Origin: Harriotta raleighana | Lineage: Eukaryota | Direction of reading: 5' to 3' | Length of the DNA stretch: 64,000 bases | Assembly (NCBI GenBank): GCA_050575255.1 | Contig: JBNZDD010013620.1 | Coordinates: forward strand, 2,933,209 to 2,997,208 | Shown: positions 51,081 to 63,362 of the stretch, in pieces | How the letters are laid out: each line of letters begins with the position of its first letter | Position numbering within the stretch: the stretch's first letter is position 1 | The notes under the pieces: model-generated | The model's input: the letters and a program-made list of their open reading frames with translations, nothing else | Databases searched by the model: none | Told to the model about the DNA's origin: nothing | Made by a program: the position numbers and the translations under genes

Positions 51081-52312
51081 ATAATACTTTATTGCATCAC
51101 AATTAAAATAACAAAAACATAATCATGAAACCTTACTTGATATTCAGTTATTTCAAAGAAACATTCTGTTGTGAAACATTCACAATATCTACATCATATT
51201 TACAAATTTAAGAACCTGTTGACAGATTAAGGCTTTGGTGTTGACAGTTTGCTGCGACATTAATATATGTTGTAATGTAGCTGTTGCCAATTCTCCTTAA
51301 AGAGGGAGAACAAGCCATTGTGCTAAATTTACTTTCCAAGCAAACAAAGTCAAATGACTCATTGGAAATTGTTCAGAGAATGGGTTTTATTGTCCATGCC
51401 CAAAGTTACTTCACTACAACGCTGTAATAACGGACTTCATTATAACATGAGTTTGCTTTTATCATCGTTGTGTAACTCCAACATTCACTTTCCAAAAATA
51501 AACTACTGAGTGAGTTAAACATAACCAATTATTGAAGACTGAAATTGATCAGTTACTGTTTTTGCCCTCAGAAGACCTGACTTTAAATTCATCTCTCCAA
51601 GGTGCCTTCAGTTACCCACCAGTGCAATGTGCAAATTGCATTTAAAGCTTTCTTTCAGCTTTAGAGTTTGTCCATGAAAATGCCTCTGCTTTGAGGACAT
51701 TTGCTTAACAGGTTGATTAATGGATCCCATTGTCCCAGGGTAGACTGACTAACCCAATGAAGTCAATTTGTGGATTGCTTTATAACCCATGTTCAATGTC
51801 CCATTAGACTCCAATTAGTGTTAAATGGGAGGTCATGCATTGCCAGTTAGCTGTTTGTTATTATTGTAATGTAGAATGCCAAAATGATGATGTCAATTAA
51901 AGGCCATCAACAAGTGCGATTTGTAAGTGCATTTCTAATTATAATATTTGACTGTTCTGAATGCATATAGTTCAGAAAAATTAACACAGTGAGAACTTAT
52001 TAAATAACTAGCTGTATCCATTGCAGCTAGGCTTTCAAACGAAGGATGCAATATGGAATGTAGATTGACACACAAACAGACATTTCACTTTTATCTACAC
52101 TCATCCGGGTGGACTCCTGTGGTAGGACTCAGTTTGGCTTTACTTTTCTTTGAGTGGGCAACTTCTTTTGGTGCACTATTGCAGTCCTTCCATCATTGAA
52201 GTTTTTACTTACTCATGAAAGATTTGATTTGCGCTTATGCATCTTTATAATGATAAATATAAATGTATAATTTAGAATCACTGGGTGTCCTGACTTGAAT
52301 GGTGCTTTAAAT

Positions 52313-52497
52313 ATAATAATAAATAATCCTTGCATTTGATATAGCACTTTTCACGTCTTCTAGACGTCTCAAAGCGCTTCGCAGAACACACTATAAAGGG
52401 AAGTGACTGTATATTGGTGGGCAAACCGCAGGAGCAAATTTCGCACAACAGTGTCCCACAAACAGCTGTGGATTGAGTGACAAAATTATTATTATTT
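52313..52497 (-). mobile_element. SINE 3' half
   Basis: 'ccttgcatttgatatagcacttttcacgtcttctagacgtctcaaagcgct'. Confidence 0.88.
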
Positions 52498-53229
52498 TAA
52501 GAACTACATTTCGATTAGTTACTCACCAACAGTTACACCTTATTTCCTCTTCTCCCTTACTGACCAGTTTGGTCATTTTATGGGGCATAATGCTCCGTCA
52601 CTGACACCTGACTAGTTTGTCAGTAAGACGTGAAGTAAAGTTTTGTAACTGAAGGCTCTGAAAAGAGATTCAACCTTTTGACATAGGATGAAATGCCTAT
52701 TCCAGACAAAGCTGTAACTAATTGGTAAATTAGTTTTAAAATAAAGTTTTGTTTTGCTTTAAAGCTTCATTTGTAATTTTGTTGTTGCTGCCGTGGCTTG
52801 GCTTTGTTTGTGTTCTTTATTTTGTTCCCGTCAGTGCCTACCTAGCTATGTGTGTTCTCTGTGACGCAGGATACCACAGTTCCATGGTTAGCTGTATCAG
52901 CCACCTGGTGTAACTGTATCAGCCTCCAGGTGTAACGTTCTCTGTGACGAACAATGATACAGCGCCACTTTGATTCAGTGGCCACCCTCTGTAACTACTG
53001 TGAGAAACACAAGCCTGAAATACATTTTGGATCATAACTCGTGAATAATAGGAGGCTCCCAAAAACGAATATGCTCGTGTCATTCCCAGATGCAAGACTT
53101 TTCCAGTGAGGTATAAATCATATCACTATGTCAGTCGGTTATTGAGATCCTTCTTGAAGCGCAGACAGACATTGTTGTTTTATTAGTATAGGTGTCCAGT
53201 TAGGAGGAAGCAGCAAGTTAAAACAAGAT

Positions 53230-53385
53230 GAAATAATAATAAAATGAATAATTTTTTTTAAAAATTGGCTGCCACGTTTAATTTAATTTTGCAGTGTATT
53301 CTGTGAAACGCTTTGAGACATCTATAAGACGTGAAAAGCACTATATCAAATGCAAGGATTATTACAGTATTGTCATTATTATTAT
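53230..53385 (+). mobile_element. SINE 3' half
   Basis: 'ttctgtgaaacgctttgagacatctataagacgtgaaaagcactatatcaaatgcaaggatt'. Confidence 0.85.
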
Positions 53386-55340
53386 TTTTATAAGATCCAA
53401 ATGCGCACATGATAAAATACTGCACTCATGTTACATAAAATATCCCAGTTGAATAGTGAAAGAAAATCTATTCCAAGTAAGCAAGGTCGACTAAGTATCA
53501 CAATTCTAAAAGGACACATTTTACTTTGTGTGCTTTTTTGAATCAGAAACTCTGATATGAAACCTGGTTGGAGCATTAATTGTGATCCTTTCAATTATTC
53601 GATACTTTTGTTGCAGGAGGAATTGTATTACAAACTGAATTGAATGGATTAAGAATTTGACTACTCTAACATTGTGTTTACTTATTATAATACTGTTTCA
53701 AAACTTGTCTTAAATTTTTACGAGTCAACCAGTGTTTTTCTCTCGTTTTTTTCTCACTTTGCTATATTTGAGCTGGATTTGATTTAAACTAAAAGCTCTT
53801 CAGACTTTTAGAGTATAGGAATAGGCTAGATTGGGTGAAAGTCCTTTTCACATGGCTTGTCTTCTTATGTGTTTATATTATCATAGAATATTATCTCTAC
53901 ATTTGAACAGTCAACAATAGCAGTGGTTGAAAACATAGGAAAGGACAAAGAAAAACAAAGAAAAATGAGATGCTGTAGAGTGTCTGTTTTTTAAGATTAT
54001 CTTGAAATACAGCATTTTGTTTGTTGATTAAGAGCTGGACTGTTTTAACTTTAACTGGGTTTAATTTTCTCATGCAGTCAAACTATATTTACTTTTAATA
54101 TCATTCCTCTTGTTTTTTCCTTCATTAAATTGCATACACCCTTTCCTGTGTGGCTGCAAAGGAAGAGTTTGATTAATGTGGAGGGTAACTTCCATTTCAT
54201 TTCTGAAGTTCCGTGGGGAGGGGGTGGGTGAAATAATGTCGTGGATTGAATGTCACGACTCATTATATTTGCTTCTTTGCTTTGTATGAAAGATTGTTCT
54301 GACAAATAAGCATCCAGTTGCAGCATTTTACTCCAGGAACATTTTGGTCTAAGAATTCCAATTCTGGAAATGACTTTGAGTAGCTTTTTTATTTTTGGAA
54401 GTTATGGTTTCTAACTTGCAGCTGAAACAGACTGCTTATCCAGCTGTTTTCTATTGTTCTGTGGTTTGCATGGTGCTACAACACTGTTATCTACAGTGCC
54501 TGTTTAAACATTTTTTTTGTGTGAAGGAGTCAGCCAGACCAAATGTCTGGAGTTAAACATGATGTTCATGCCCAACCTGTCGAAAAATTGCGATTCACCG
54601 CATTTCTGGCTTAATCTTTTAAATATATATGAAATATATATTTTAAAAAATATTAATTTAGTGGCAACCAGATTTATTCTTGTAAATTAAGCTTAAAGGG
54701 TCTTCTCCAATTGCTTACTGTGTAAATGAGCCATCTGGTTTGGTACTGAAAGGAACAGGAAATTTGAACAAGCGGGAGATTTGTACAGACTTATACAGAT
54801 TTCCAGTGGGATTTGCAAGAAAATTTGCAAAAATGCACTGGAAATGTTATGAGACCTAGCTAAAACTTTAAATAAGTTTTAAGTAAAATAAGTACATGTT
54901 TAATTGTCATTCATTAACACAAACATCACCAAAACAGGAAATAAAGGAGGCCAAGCTCATAACCAGTGATATTTTAGAAACTCTTACAACTCACCAAAAA
55001 TACATCAATCAGAATTAGCGAATCTTTTGTTTGTTTTTGAGCTTGTGACTTTACTACAGTATAAAAGTCTAGTCATTGTTTCCATTACAGTTGCCCAAGT
55101 TCTTGATGATATGAGTCTTTTCTAAGTAGTTAGATGTGTAGATACAGCCAAGCTACTGCACCCATGTCATTACCTCATTAATTAATTAAAAAATCTATCC
55201 AGCTTCAATTATTAAGAATATAATTTTGAATAATATTAACATTAATGAGTAACCTTCATAATATTCCTTACATTTGATATAACACCTTTTCACATTATTG
55301 AGATGTCCCAAAGCACTTCACAGGATGTATTGTACTGCAA

Positions 55341-55492
55341 AACGTCGTGACTAGTTTTGTGGAACAATTTGGCAGCCAATTTGCACACAACAATGTTCCA
55401 CGATTTAGTTTTTGGTTNAACGTCGTGACTAGTTTTGTGGAACAATTTGGCAGCCAATTTGCACACAATGTTCCACGATTTAGTTTTTGGTT
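55341..55492. repeat. About 75-bp duplication around a single N (probable artifact)
   Basis: Copies differ by a 3-nt indel (caa); N at 55418. Confidence 0.85.
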
Positions 55493-55548
55493 TGCTGGGT
55501 GTCGTGACACATGCAGAAACTCTTCATTACACTTAAGACTATCCAAAG

Positions 55549-55731
55549 CAAACAGAGAATTCCATGCATCCCACCTATACATGGAAATCCCAGGGATAGA
55601 TTGCTGGAGGCAATGTGCACTCGCTCTGCAGAAGAATGCTTCCTGCTGATCCAATTCTGGAAAATATTAGGCACAAGTTCACAAGAGCCAATGCTTGGGG
55701 ACCCCAGAGTGTGTGTTACGATGGAACTGAG
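55549..55731 (+). repeat. Unclassified ~180-bp dispersed repeat, copy 4 (duplicated at 57636-57818)
   Basis: Same motif blocks; flanked by a - strand SINE tail (55255-55410) and a + strand SINE tail (55735-55850). Confidence 0.8.
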
Positions 55732-55920
55732 TTTTGTTTTGCCCACAAAATACAATTAATCTATTTTACAATATATTCTGTGAAGCGGTTTTGAGACGTC
55801 CCAACGACGTGCCAAGAGGCTACATCAAATGCGAGGGTTGTTAATATTGTTAATCAGCAAATGTGGAATGGGAAGGAAGCAGAATGTCATATAGATTGAT
55901 TCCCCTCAGAATGTCATATA

Positions 55921-56620
55921 CAGTAAAACCTCGTTTATCCGGCACCCATGGGACCTGGCCAATGGTGGTTAAACGTTTTTCTGGTTAAACAGATTAAAAA
56001 AAGATTTTTTTTAAAATTAATTTTTTTTAACAAAAAATTATTTTAACACACTAATAACAGATTACCAGCTCCCACCCTGTGCAAACACAGGAAGCTGCCG
56101 TCCGCACACTGCTAACCCTCAGCGAGGGGAAGGCATGGTCGATTACTGTGAAGCCTTCTTGCGAGGTATTTTGAATTGATTGAATTGGCTGGACTTGCAG
56201 AGAGAGAGAGAGAGTGAGAGTACACACACACATACACATGTAAATGTTGAACAATACTATATAAATAATAGACTACATACACTAATACCAGATCCTATAC
56301 TTACAGAATATTGTATTAGTCCTTGATTATTTATACTTAACTTCTTCAATGGCTGCCAAAGGAGGAAAGAAAACGGCACTTTTAAAAAATAAAATGGTAA
56401 TATCGTAAGTTTTTAAAAAAAACGGCAGTAGCCCGACTTTAGGCTCGACTAGCGACTGCCGATATAACTTCACCAGTACTCTCATGCGACAATCCATTCA
56501 TAAATGTGTCTTCATTATTCTGCTGGATAACCTCTGGTTAATCGAATCGGGACTTTTTTTGAGATAGCGGTTGAACGGGTTTTCTGGTTCATCGAGTCAC
56601 GGATAAACAAGGTTTTACTG
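55921..56620. mobile_element. 700-bp Tc1/mariner superfamily (Tigger/pogo-like) MITE
   Basis: 21-bp TIRs CAGTAAAACCTCGTTTATCCG / CGGATAAACAAGGTTTTACTG (1 mismatch), TA on both sides, no transposase ORF. Confidence 0.9.
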
Positions 56621-58007
56621 TAGAATGATTCTCCTCTGAATTGTTGCTCTCAGCAATGCTGTTTGTGGGACATGCAGTGAGGCTAATTTCTTGCAAGAGG
56701 AACAGAATCACAATGTTATCTTAAGATGCTCTCGTGCCTTCCAGTGACCTGTTCAGGAAGCTATTGCTGGAAAACTAAGAATTTGATCATCACTCTTTCG
56801 GCTTTAGGGAGGTCATTCGTATCGGAGAAATGGAAGGATTTGTAACTTCACAAATCGTAGCTGGCATGTGACTGAGGGAAGAAAAGCAGCTAGTTAAGAT
56901 ACATATAAGGATGCTAGGCTATCTTAATGACTGGTTTGTTAAACTGTTTAGAAATGTTAGAATTGTAAATCTTTAGAAGTTTGTGAATGTGATTGGGAAA
57001 TTATTGGCCTATCAAGAATTTTAATCCTCTACGAAAGAAAGAGTGTCTTTGCTGCTTTTTTTAAAAGGAGACTTTGCCACAGATAAGGTAGCAAGATAGC
57101 AAACTACTGACAATTACAGTGGTCATTCACTATTGCTCAGACAGCAGACTTTCCTGCCACCCTGACNNNNNNNNNNNNNNNNNNNNNNNNNNNNNNNNNN
57201 NNNNNNNNNNNNNNNNNNNNNNNNNNNNNNNNNNNNNNNNNNNNNNNNNNNNNNNNNNNNNNNNNNNNNNNNNNNNNNNNNNNNNNNNNNNNNNNNNNNN
57301 NNNNNNNNNNNNNNNNNNNNNNNNNNNNNNNNNNNNNNNNNNNNNNNNNNNNNNNNNNNNNNNNNNNNNNNNNNNNNNNNNNNNNNNNNNNNNNNNNNNN
57401 NNNNNNNNNNNNNNNNNNNNNNNNNNNNNNNNNNNNNNNNNNNNNNNNNNNNNNNNNNNNNNNNNNNNNNNNNNNNNNNNNNNNNNNNNNNNNNNNNNNN
57501 NNNNNNNNNNNNNNNNNNNNNNNNNNNNNNNNNNNNNNNNNNNNNNNNNNNACAATGTTCCACGATTTAGTTTTTGGTCTGCTGGGTGTCGTGACACATG
57601 CAGAAACTCTTCATTACACTTAAGACTATCCAAAGCAAACAGAGAATTCCATGCATCCCACCTATACATGGAAATCCCAGGGATAGATTGCTGGAGGCAA
57701 TGTGCACTCGCTCTGCAGAAGAATGCTTCCTGCTGATCCAATTCTGGAAAATATTAGGCACAAGTTCACAAGAGCCAATGCTTGGGGACCCCAGAGTGTG
57801 TGTTACGATGGAACTGAGTTTTGTTTTGCCCACAAAATACAATTAATCTATTTTACAATATATTCTGTGAAGCGGTTTTGAGACGTCCCAACGACGTGCC
57901 AAGAGGCTACATCAAATGCGAGGGTTGTTAATATTGTTAATCAGCAAATGTGGAATGGGAAGGAAGCAGAATGTCATATAGATTGATTCCCCTCAGAATG
58001 TCATATA

Positions 58008-58707
58008 CAGTAAAACCTCGTTTATCCGGCACCCATGGGACCTGGCCAATGGTGGTTAAACGTTTTTCTGGTTAAACAGATTAAAAAAAGATTTTTTTTA
58101 AAATAATTTTTTTTTAACAAAAAATTATTTTAACACACTAATAACAGATTACCAGCTCCCACCCTGTGCAAACACAGGAAGCTGCCGTCCGCACGCTGCT
58201 AACCCTCAGCGAGGGGAAGGCATGGTCGATTACTGTGAAGCCTTCTTGCGAGGTATTTTGAATTGATTGAATTGGCTGGACTTGCAGAGAGAGAGAGAGA
58301 GTGAGAGTACACACACACATACACATGTAAATGTTGAACAATACTATATAAATAATAGACTACATACACTAATACCAGATCCTATACTTACAGAATATTG
58401 TATTAGTCCTTGATTATTTATACTTAACTTCTTCAATGGCTGCCAAAGGAGGAAAGAAAACGGCACTTTTAAAAAATAAAATGGTAATATCGTAAGTTTT
58501 TAAAAAAAACGGCAGTAGCCCGACTTTAGGCTCGACTAGCGACTGCCGATATAATTTCACCAGTACTCTCATGCGACAATCCATTCATAAATGTGTCTTC
58601 ATTATTCTGCTGGATAACCTCTGGTTAATCGAATCGGGACTTTTTTTGAGATAGCGGTTGAACGGGTTTTCTGGTTCATCGAGTCACGGATAAACAAGGT
58701 TTTACTG
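58008..58707. mobile_element. Duplicate of the MITE within the duplicated block
   Basis: Same TIRs and flanks at offset 2087. Confidence 0.85.
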
Positions 58708-59699
58708 TAGAATGATTCTCCTCTGAATTGTTGCTCTCAGCAATGCTGTTTGTGGGACATGCAGTGAGGCTAATTTCTTGCAAGAGGAACAGAATCACAA
58801 TGTTATCTTAAGATGCTCTCGTGCCTTCCAGTGACCTGTTCAGGAAGCTATTGCTGGAAAACTAAGAATTTGATCATCACTCTTTCGGCTTTAGGGAGGT
58901 CATTCGTATCGGAGAAATGGAAGGATTTGTAACTTCACAAATCGTAGCTGGCATGTGACTGAGGGAAGAAAAGCAGCTAGTTAAGATACATATAAGGATG
59001 CTAGGCTATCTTAATGACTGGTTTGTTAAACTGTTTAGAAATGTTAGAATTGTAAATCTTTAGAAGTTTGTGAATGTGATTGGGAAATTATTGGCCTATC
59101 AAGAATTTTAATCCTCTACGAAAGAAAGAGTGTCTTTGCTGCTTTTTTTAAAAGGAGACTTTGCCACAGTTAAGGTAGCAAGATAGCAAACTACTGACAA
59201 TTACAGTGGTCATTCACTATTGCTCAGACAGCAGACTTTCCTGCCACCCTGACTGTTTCTAGCCTAGTTTTACTGCTGCCTCTCTTTGTCGTTTTCTGGC
59301 ACGCTGTGAATATTCTCCCTTTACACTGTTGTTTTCTTTTGTGATTTGTTTCTATTTTTGTATACATTTTAATGGTTTTCAGTCCTCTTTGTTTAAAAAA
59401 TCAGCATTTTCTTGATTTTATCTCAAGTTTCCTTTGATACCTTTCTACATTCCCGCTTCCAACTTTCCCAATAAACTGTGGTAGGTGGAAAGAAGTGGTT
59501 TATTAAATTATTTTAAGACTAGAAAAGAAGTAAAAGGAAAATAAAAAATGATGCAAAGATTAATATTGCTGGAGAAGGGAAGTCTAGTTTGAAATGACAA
59601 ACAATGTACTGTAATAATATAATTGGAACAATGCGAGAAAGGCATTGTTAGATCCACTGATGGCTATTGTTAATGCTGGTGCTAATAATAATACTTTGG

Positions 59700-60120
59700 G
59701 GGTGGTTGGGGGCTGCCTTGAGCTACGCTGCCCCAACCTGTGGAACTCCATTTTGCAGTCCCTCTGCTCGCCACCTCCCTTGCCCCCTTTGAGACCCATC
59801 TCAAGACCCTCCTCTTCGATCGTGCCTTCGATTACCAACAACAAAAACATTACATTTGTACAGTGCTTTTCAGGTCGGGAGTAGATACGACCCTCATCCC
59901 GTCCCGTCCCCCCTCCCCTCACCCTCCACCCTGTCTAGATGCTGACTCATTGCTTGGGTCTGAAACACTGAATTGTCCAGCGCCTTGGGACGTACTCCTG
60001 ACATGATCGGTGCAATACAAATGTAATTTTGTTGTTGCATTTCATATAGTACCTTTCACTGCTTTGGGACGTCCTCTCGACGTGAAAGGCGCTATACAAG
60101 TGTAATTTTGTTGTTGTTGT
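59700..60120 (+). mobile_element. L2 3' fragment with an inverted tail inside and a second tandem tail
   Basis: PNLWNSILQSL...HLKTLLFDRAF; inverted tail at 59836-59882; tails end at about 60037 and 60120. Confidence 0.85.
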
Positions 60121-60462
60121 TTCATGTAGGGAAGATGTCTCAAAGTGCTTTGTGGAATTTACAGTAAAGTGTAGCGACTATATATTTGGTAGAATTATGA
60201 CTGCCTGATTTGAAACAGAACTCTGTACAAGAAAATTCCAGGTATGCTCGGTGGTTTGTGCTATGTACTCATTTGAGAAGGAGGTAGAGGCACCATAAAT
60301 GAAGTTGGAACCAGCTGGATAAGCAGTGGGTGATTTGCAACACAGTCTTTCAATGGGGATCTTTGCTGTTTAGTTAATTAAACTCCAGCGGCACACATTC
60401 TTTTTCTAGGCCCCCAGCCTAGGCTCTTGTCAACTTACACTTAATACCCGCAGGAATTACAA

Positions 60463-60780
60463 AACAACAACATCTTGCGTTTATATAGCAGCCTACATGT
60501 TGTGTAGTGGCTCAGAGTGCTTAACAGTGGAAGAGCCCGACGTTGAATGGGGAGAGATGACCATAAGCACGGTCGAAGAGGGATGTCGTCAGGTGTGATC
60601 TGAAAATGGGGAAGGAACGGGCAACGTGGCAAGGCACAGGGATTGAGGGAGAGAGTTCCAGAGTTTGGGGCCGCAGTGGCTGAAGGCACAGCTGCTGATG
60701 GTGGAGCGGAGGGGGCAAAGGAGAGAAGCGTGAGGCTGGAACCAGCCGAGGGGAAGTGGCGGGCGGTGGGGTCGGGAGTA
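60463..60780 (-). mobile_element. L2 3' fragment (second subfamily)
   Basis: FRSHLTTSLFDRAYGH; tail 'aacaacatcttgcgtttatatagc'. Confidence 0.8.
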
Positions 60781-61355
60781 AGCAGTTTTGTTCAGTGACT
60801 AGTGAGCAGGTGTCTGTGTGCGCGTTTCTATGAATTTGGTCAGTTGTGCCACTTTGTTGTGGTAAAATTGTTGTGGTTCTTTGTCAGCTGGCAATTTTTG
60901 AAAGATTTGTTTAGGCTAAGATTTCATATAAACTAGAGAATACTTGTCTAATTATAAAGAAACCTCAGGACATAAACTTACCAAATTGCTGTTCCAGTAC
61001 AAATAGCGCTGTTTCAGTACAAATGGCACTTTTGTCAGGTTTTGGTGAATTATTTTAAAGTGGGTGGTCTCCTTCAGGGTCCTGCAGAGCGGAACGCTTC
61101 AAATTGCTTTTGCTTTCTACCCCGGTAGGTGGGATTTGCGATGGTATTCACATTTGGCAAATCTAAGGGGTGGGACTCTCAGGAATCTTTAAAAGCTGCA
61201 TCAGAGTTGTGGCCTCATGCCAAACATGCGACTATATTCTTCAGCAATCACATCCTTGTAAATAATTCTGTCCTGTAGAAATCCAATTTTATTACAATCC
61301 TGCAGTGATCGGCAGGGAATCGTGCATTGGAGGCTCCTGCTTTCTCTTCGTGCAG

Positions 61356-61418
61356 AGCAGCATTGAATACAGCTTTTATCCATTTTGCACTGTTCTGCAT
61401 TTTGAAGTGTGGGAGACA
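61356..61418 (+). other. Weak candidate 63-nt exon
   Basis: Acceptor 'tcctgctttctcttcgtgcag', donor ACA|gtaaga; frames 0 (SSIEYSFYPFCTVLHFEVWET) and 1 are open. Confidence 0.25.
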
Positions 61419-62517
61419 GTAAGAATCATTCAACATATTCTGCCTGACACTACCAGTTAAATACCTACAGCTGATCAGTAAGGAAGCAGGCGCAACGTGG
61501 ATTAAACAGCAGGCGTATGATGAATTTCCTACTGGCATGACATAACTTACCCATTTTATACATTTTTGCATTGCTTGTATTTTAGCATTTGTGTTGACCA
61601 ACCTCTCATTCTAATAATGTTGAGGTTCTGGTTTTGGACACTGGTACATGTTAACTGCTGCTGAAGGCCTCCCTGAATAATAGATCACAGCAGATGGCTG
61701 TGGTATGCTCATTGACTGATCCTGGTAAACACAAGTCACTTTTCAACCCCGTGGAGCTGAATTTGTTTGAAATAAATTGATTCGCCATTGTTATGCCTAT
61801 CTTGTATCAACATTTCTGAAAACTTCCTTATCTAGTCTCCCCGATGAAGTAAAATCACTCACTGTCTTTGTAAAACCTTGCAACAGAAGTTCAAAAGAAT
61901 AACAAATGATCTGAGCTGTCAAAGTCGCTTTGTATATTTAAGATTCTTTTGGTGTTAGGCCTGGTTACGACTATTGTGAGTGATAAACTCACAAAATATT
62001 TGCACAAACTATCCACTACAAACACTGGTTACCTAGTTACCTTTAATGGTAATCGTTTGATGTATTTACAAACCAAAACGGCATTCTCTGAGTAGGATAA
62101 TTGGTTCAAGAGCTGAAAAAAGATGAGTTTATGTTTGCACGTGTCTGTTGCATACTTGTATTACAGTAACAGTCAAATTGGAGGTGTTACTTGAGTTTGA
62201 GCCTTTACCACGTTTACATTGTCTTCACATTTTGGAGGACATTTGCATCAAAATGACACATGTGCAACCGTCTCATGTCATTGTGTAAATTACGCAATGT
62301 TCCAGTCGTTCCTGTTCCAGTTGTTCATTTCGTTTGAGTGAAAAAAAACTCCCTGGAATGAGTCCTGAAATTGCCCTTATGCTTGACACTGTTGCCAGAA
62401 CTGAATATCAAAATTACAAGATTGGTTTGGATAAAGAAGGTGCTTTTGTCCATTTAATTTCATCAAGCTGCTTTTAAAATATGTCTAGCATCCTTCCTGG
62501 CTACTTGCTCTAGTCAT

Positions 62518-62832
62518 TAATAATAATAATCCTTGCATTTGATATAGCACTGTTCACGTGTTCTAGATGTCTCAAAGCACTTCACAGAATATACTGTAAA
62601 GTGATTTGACTGTATTTGTCGGCAAAACGCAGCAGTCATATCAGTATCCTACAGTCGAGGATTGAGTGACCAATTTATTATTTTTTAAGGGATTATTATC
62701 AGGCATGTGGAGTAATATAAATACAATAAATAAATAAATAAATAAAACTTGCCCAAGTTCTTTCCCCACCGGGTATTGAACCCAGGTCTCTTGCTTGTGA
62801 AGCTAGTGCTCTAACCACTGAGCTAAGGATCT
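62518..62832 (-). mobile_element. Full-length tRNA-derived SINE
   Basis: Reverse complement of 33279-33592; contains an (AAAT)n expansion. Confidence 0.9.
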
Positions 62833-63182
62833 GCACTAAATTACTGTTGTATTTAATACACAGAGGCTTTCTTCTGTGCTGAAAGTATGCTATGATTTTA
62901 AACCAGATAAACATCTGCATTATACTGCAAAATGGGAAAAGTTTGGTTGTGTTTAATCTGTACATTAAAGTCACTGAACATTCCAGTTAAATAGCAGTCT
63001 ATGTATTTGTAACCAAATTGTTGTCTTAACTATCGTATAGGGAAATAATTACTTCCTGGTATCTGTCCTGAAATTGCCTTCGGAACTCAAACCCGTGTCC
63101 TATTGTTTTACTGTTATGTAATAGTGTTAGCCACTTATCTGAAACTTGTTTATATATCAACATCCTCCACCTGTCGACAAAA

Positions 63183-63362
63183 AATAATAATAATCCTTGA
63201 ATTTGATATAGCGCTTTTCACTTCTTCTAGATGTCTCAGCACTTCACAGAATGTACTAAGAATGAATTGACTGTATATTTGTGGGCAAAACGCGGCAGCC
63301 AATTGTGCACTGAAGTGTCCCACAGACAGTCATGGATTGAAGTGACCAATTTAGTGACCAAA
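63183..63362 (-). mobile_element. SINE 3' half
   Basis: 'ccttgaatttgatatagcgcttttcacttcttctagatgtctc...gcagccaattgtgcac'. Confidence 0.88.

Larger units (their letters stand above)
55465..59253. repeat. 1702-bp direct duplication separated by a 385-N gap (probable uncollapsed haplotypes)
   Basis: 55465-57166 vs 57552-59253; about 5 differences seen; gap at 57167-57551. Confidence 0.9.

Noticed and set aside
51884-51960. C box ATGATGA to D box CTGA at snoRNA-like spacing
   Set aside because: Weak terminal stem, no clear D'/C' boxes and no recognisable rRNA guide
57119-57741. Longest ORFs (about 200 aa)
   Set aside because: They run through the N gap
61201-61601. Minus-strand ORFs with nearby splice-like sites
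   Set aside because: No consistent acceptor-donor pair and no recognisable protein
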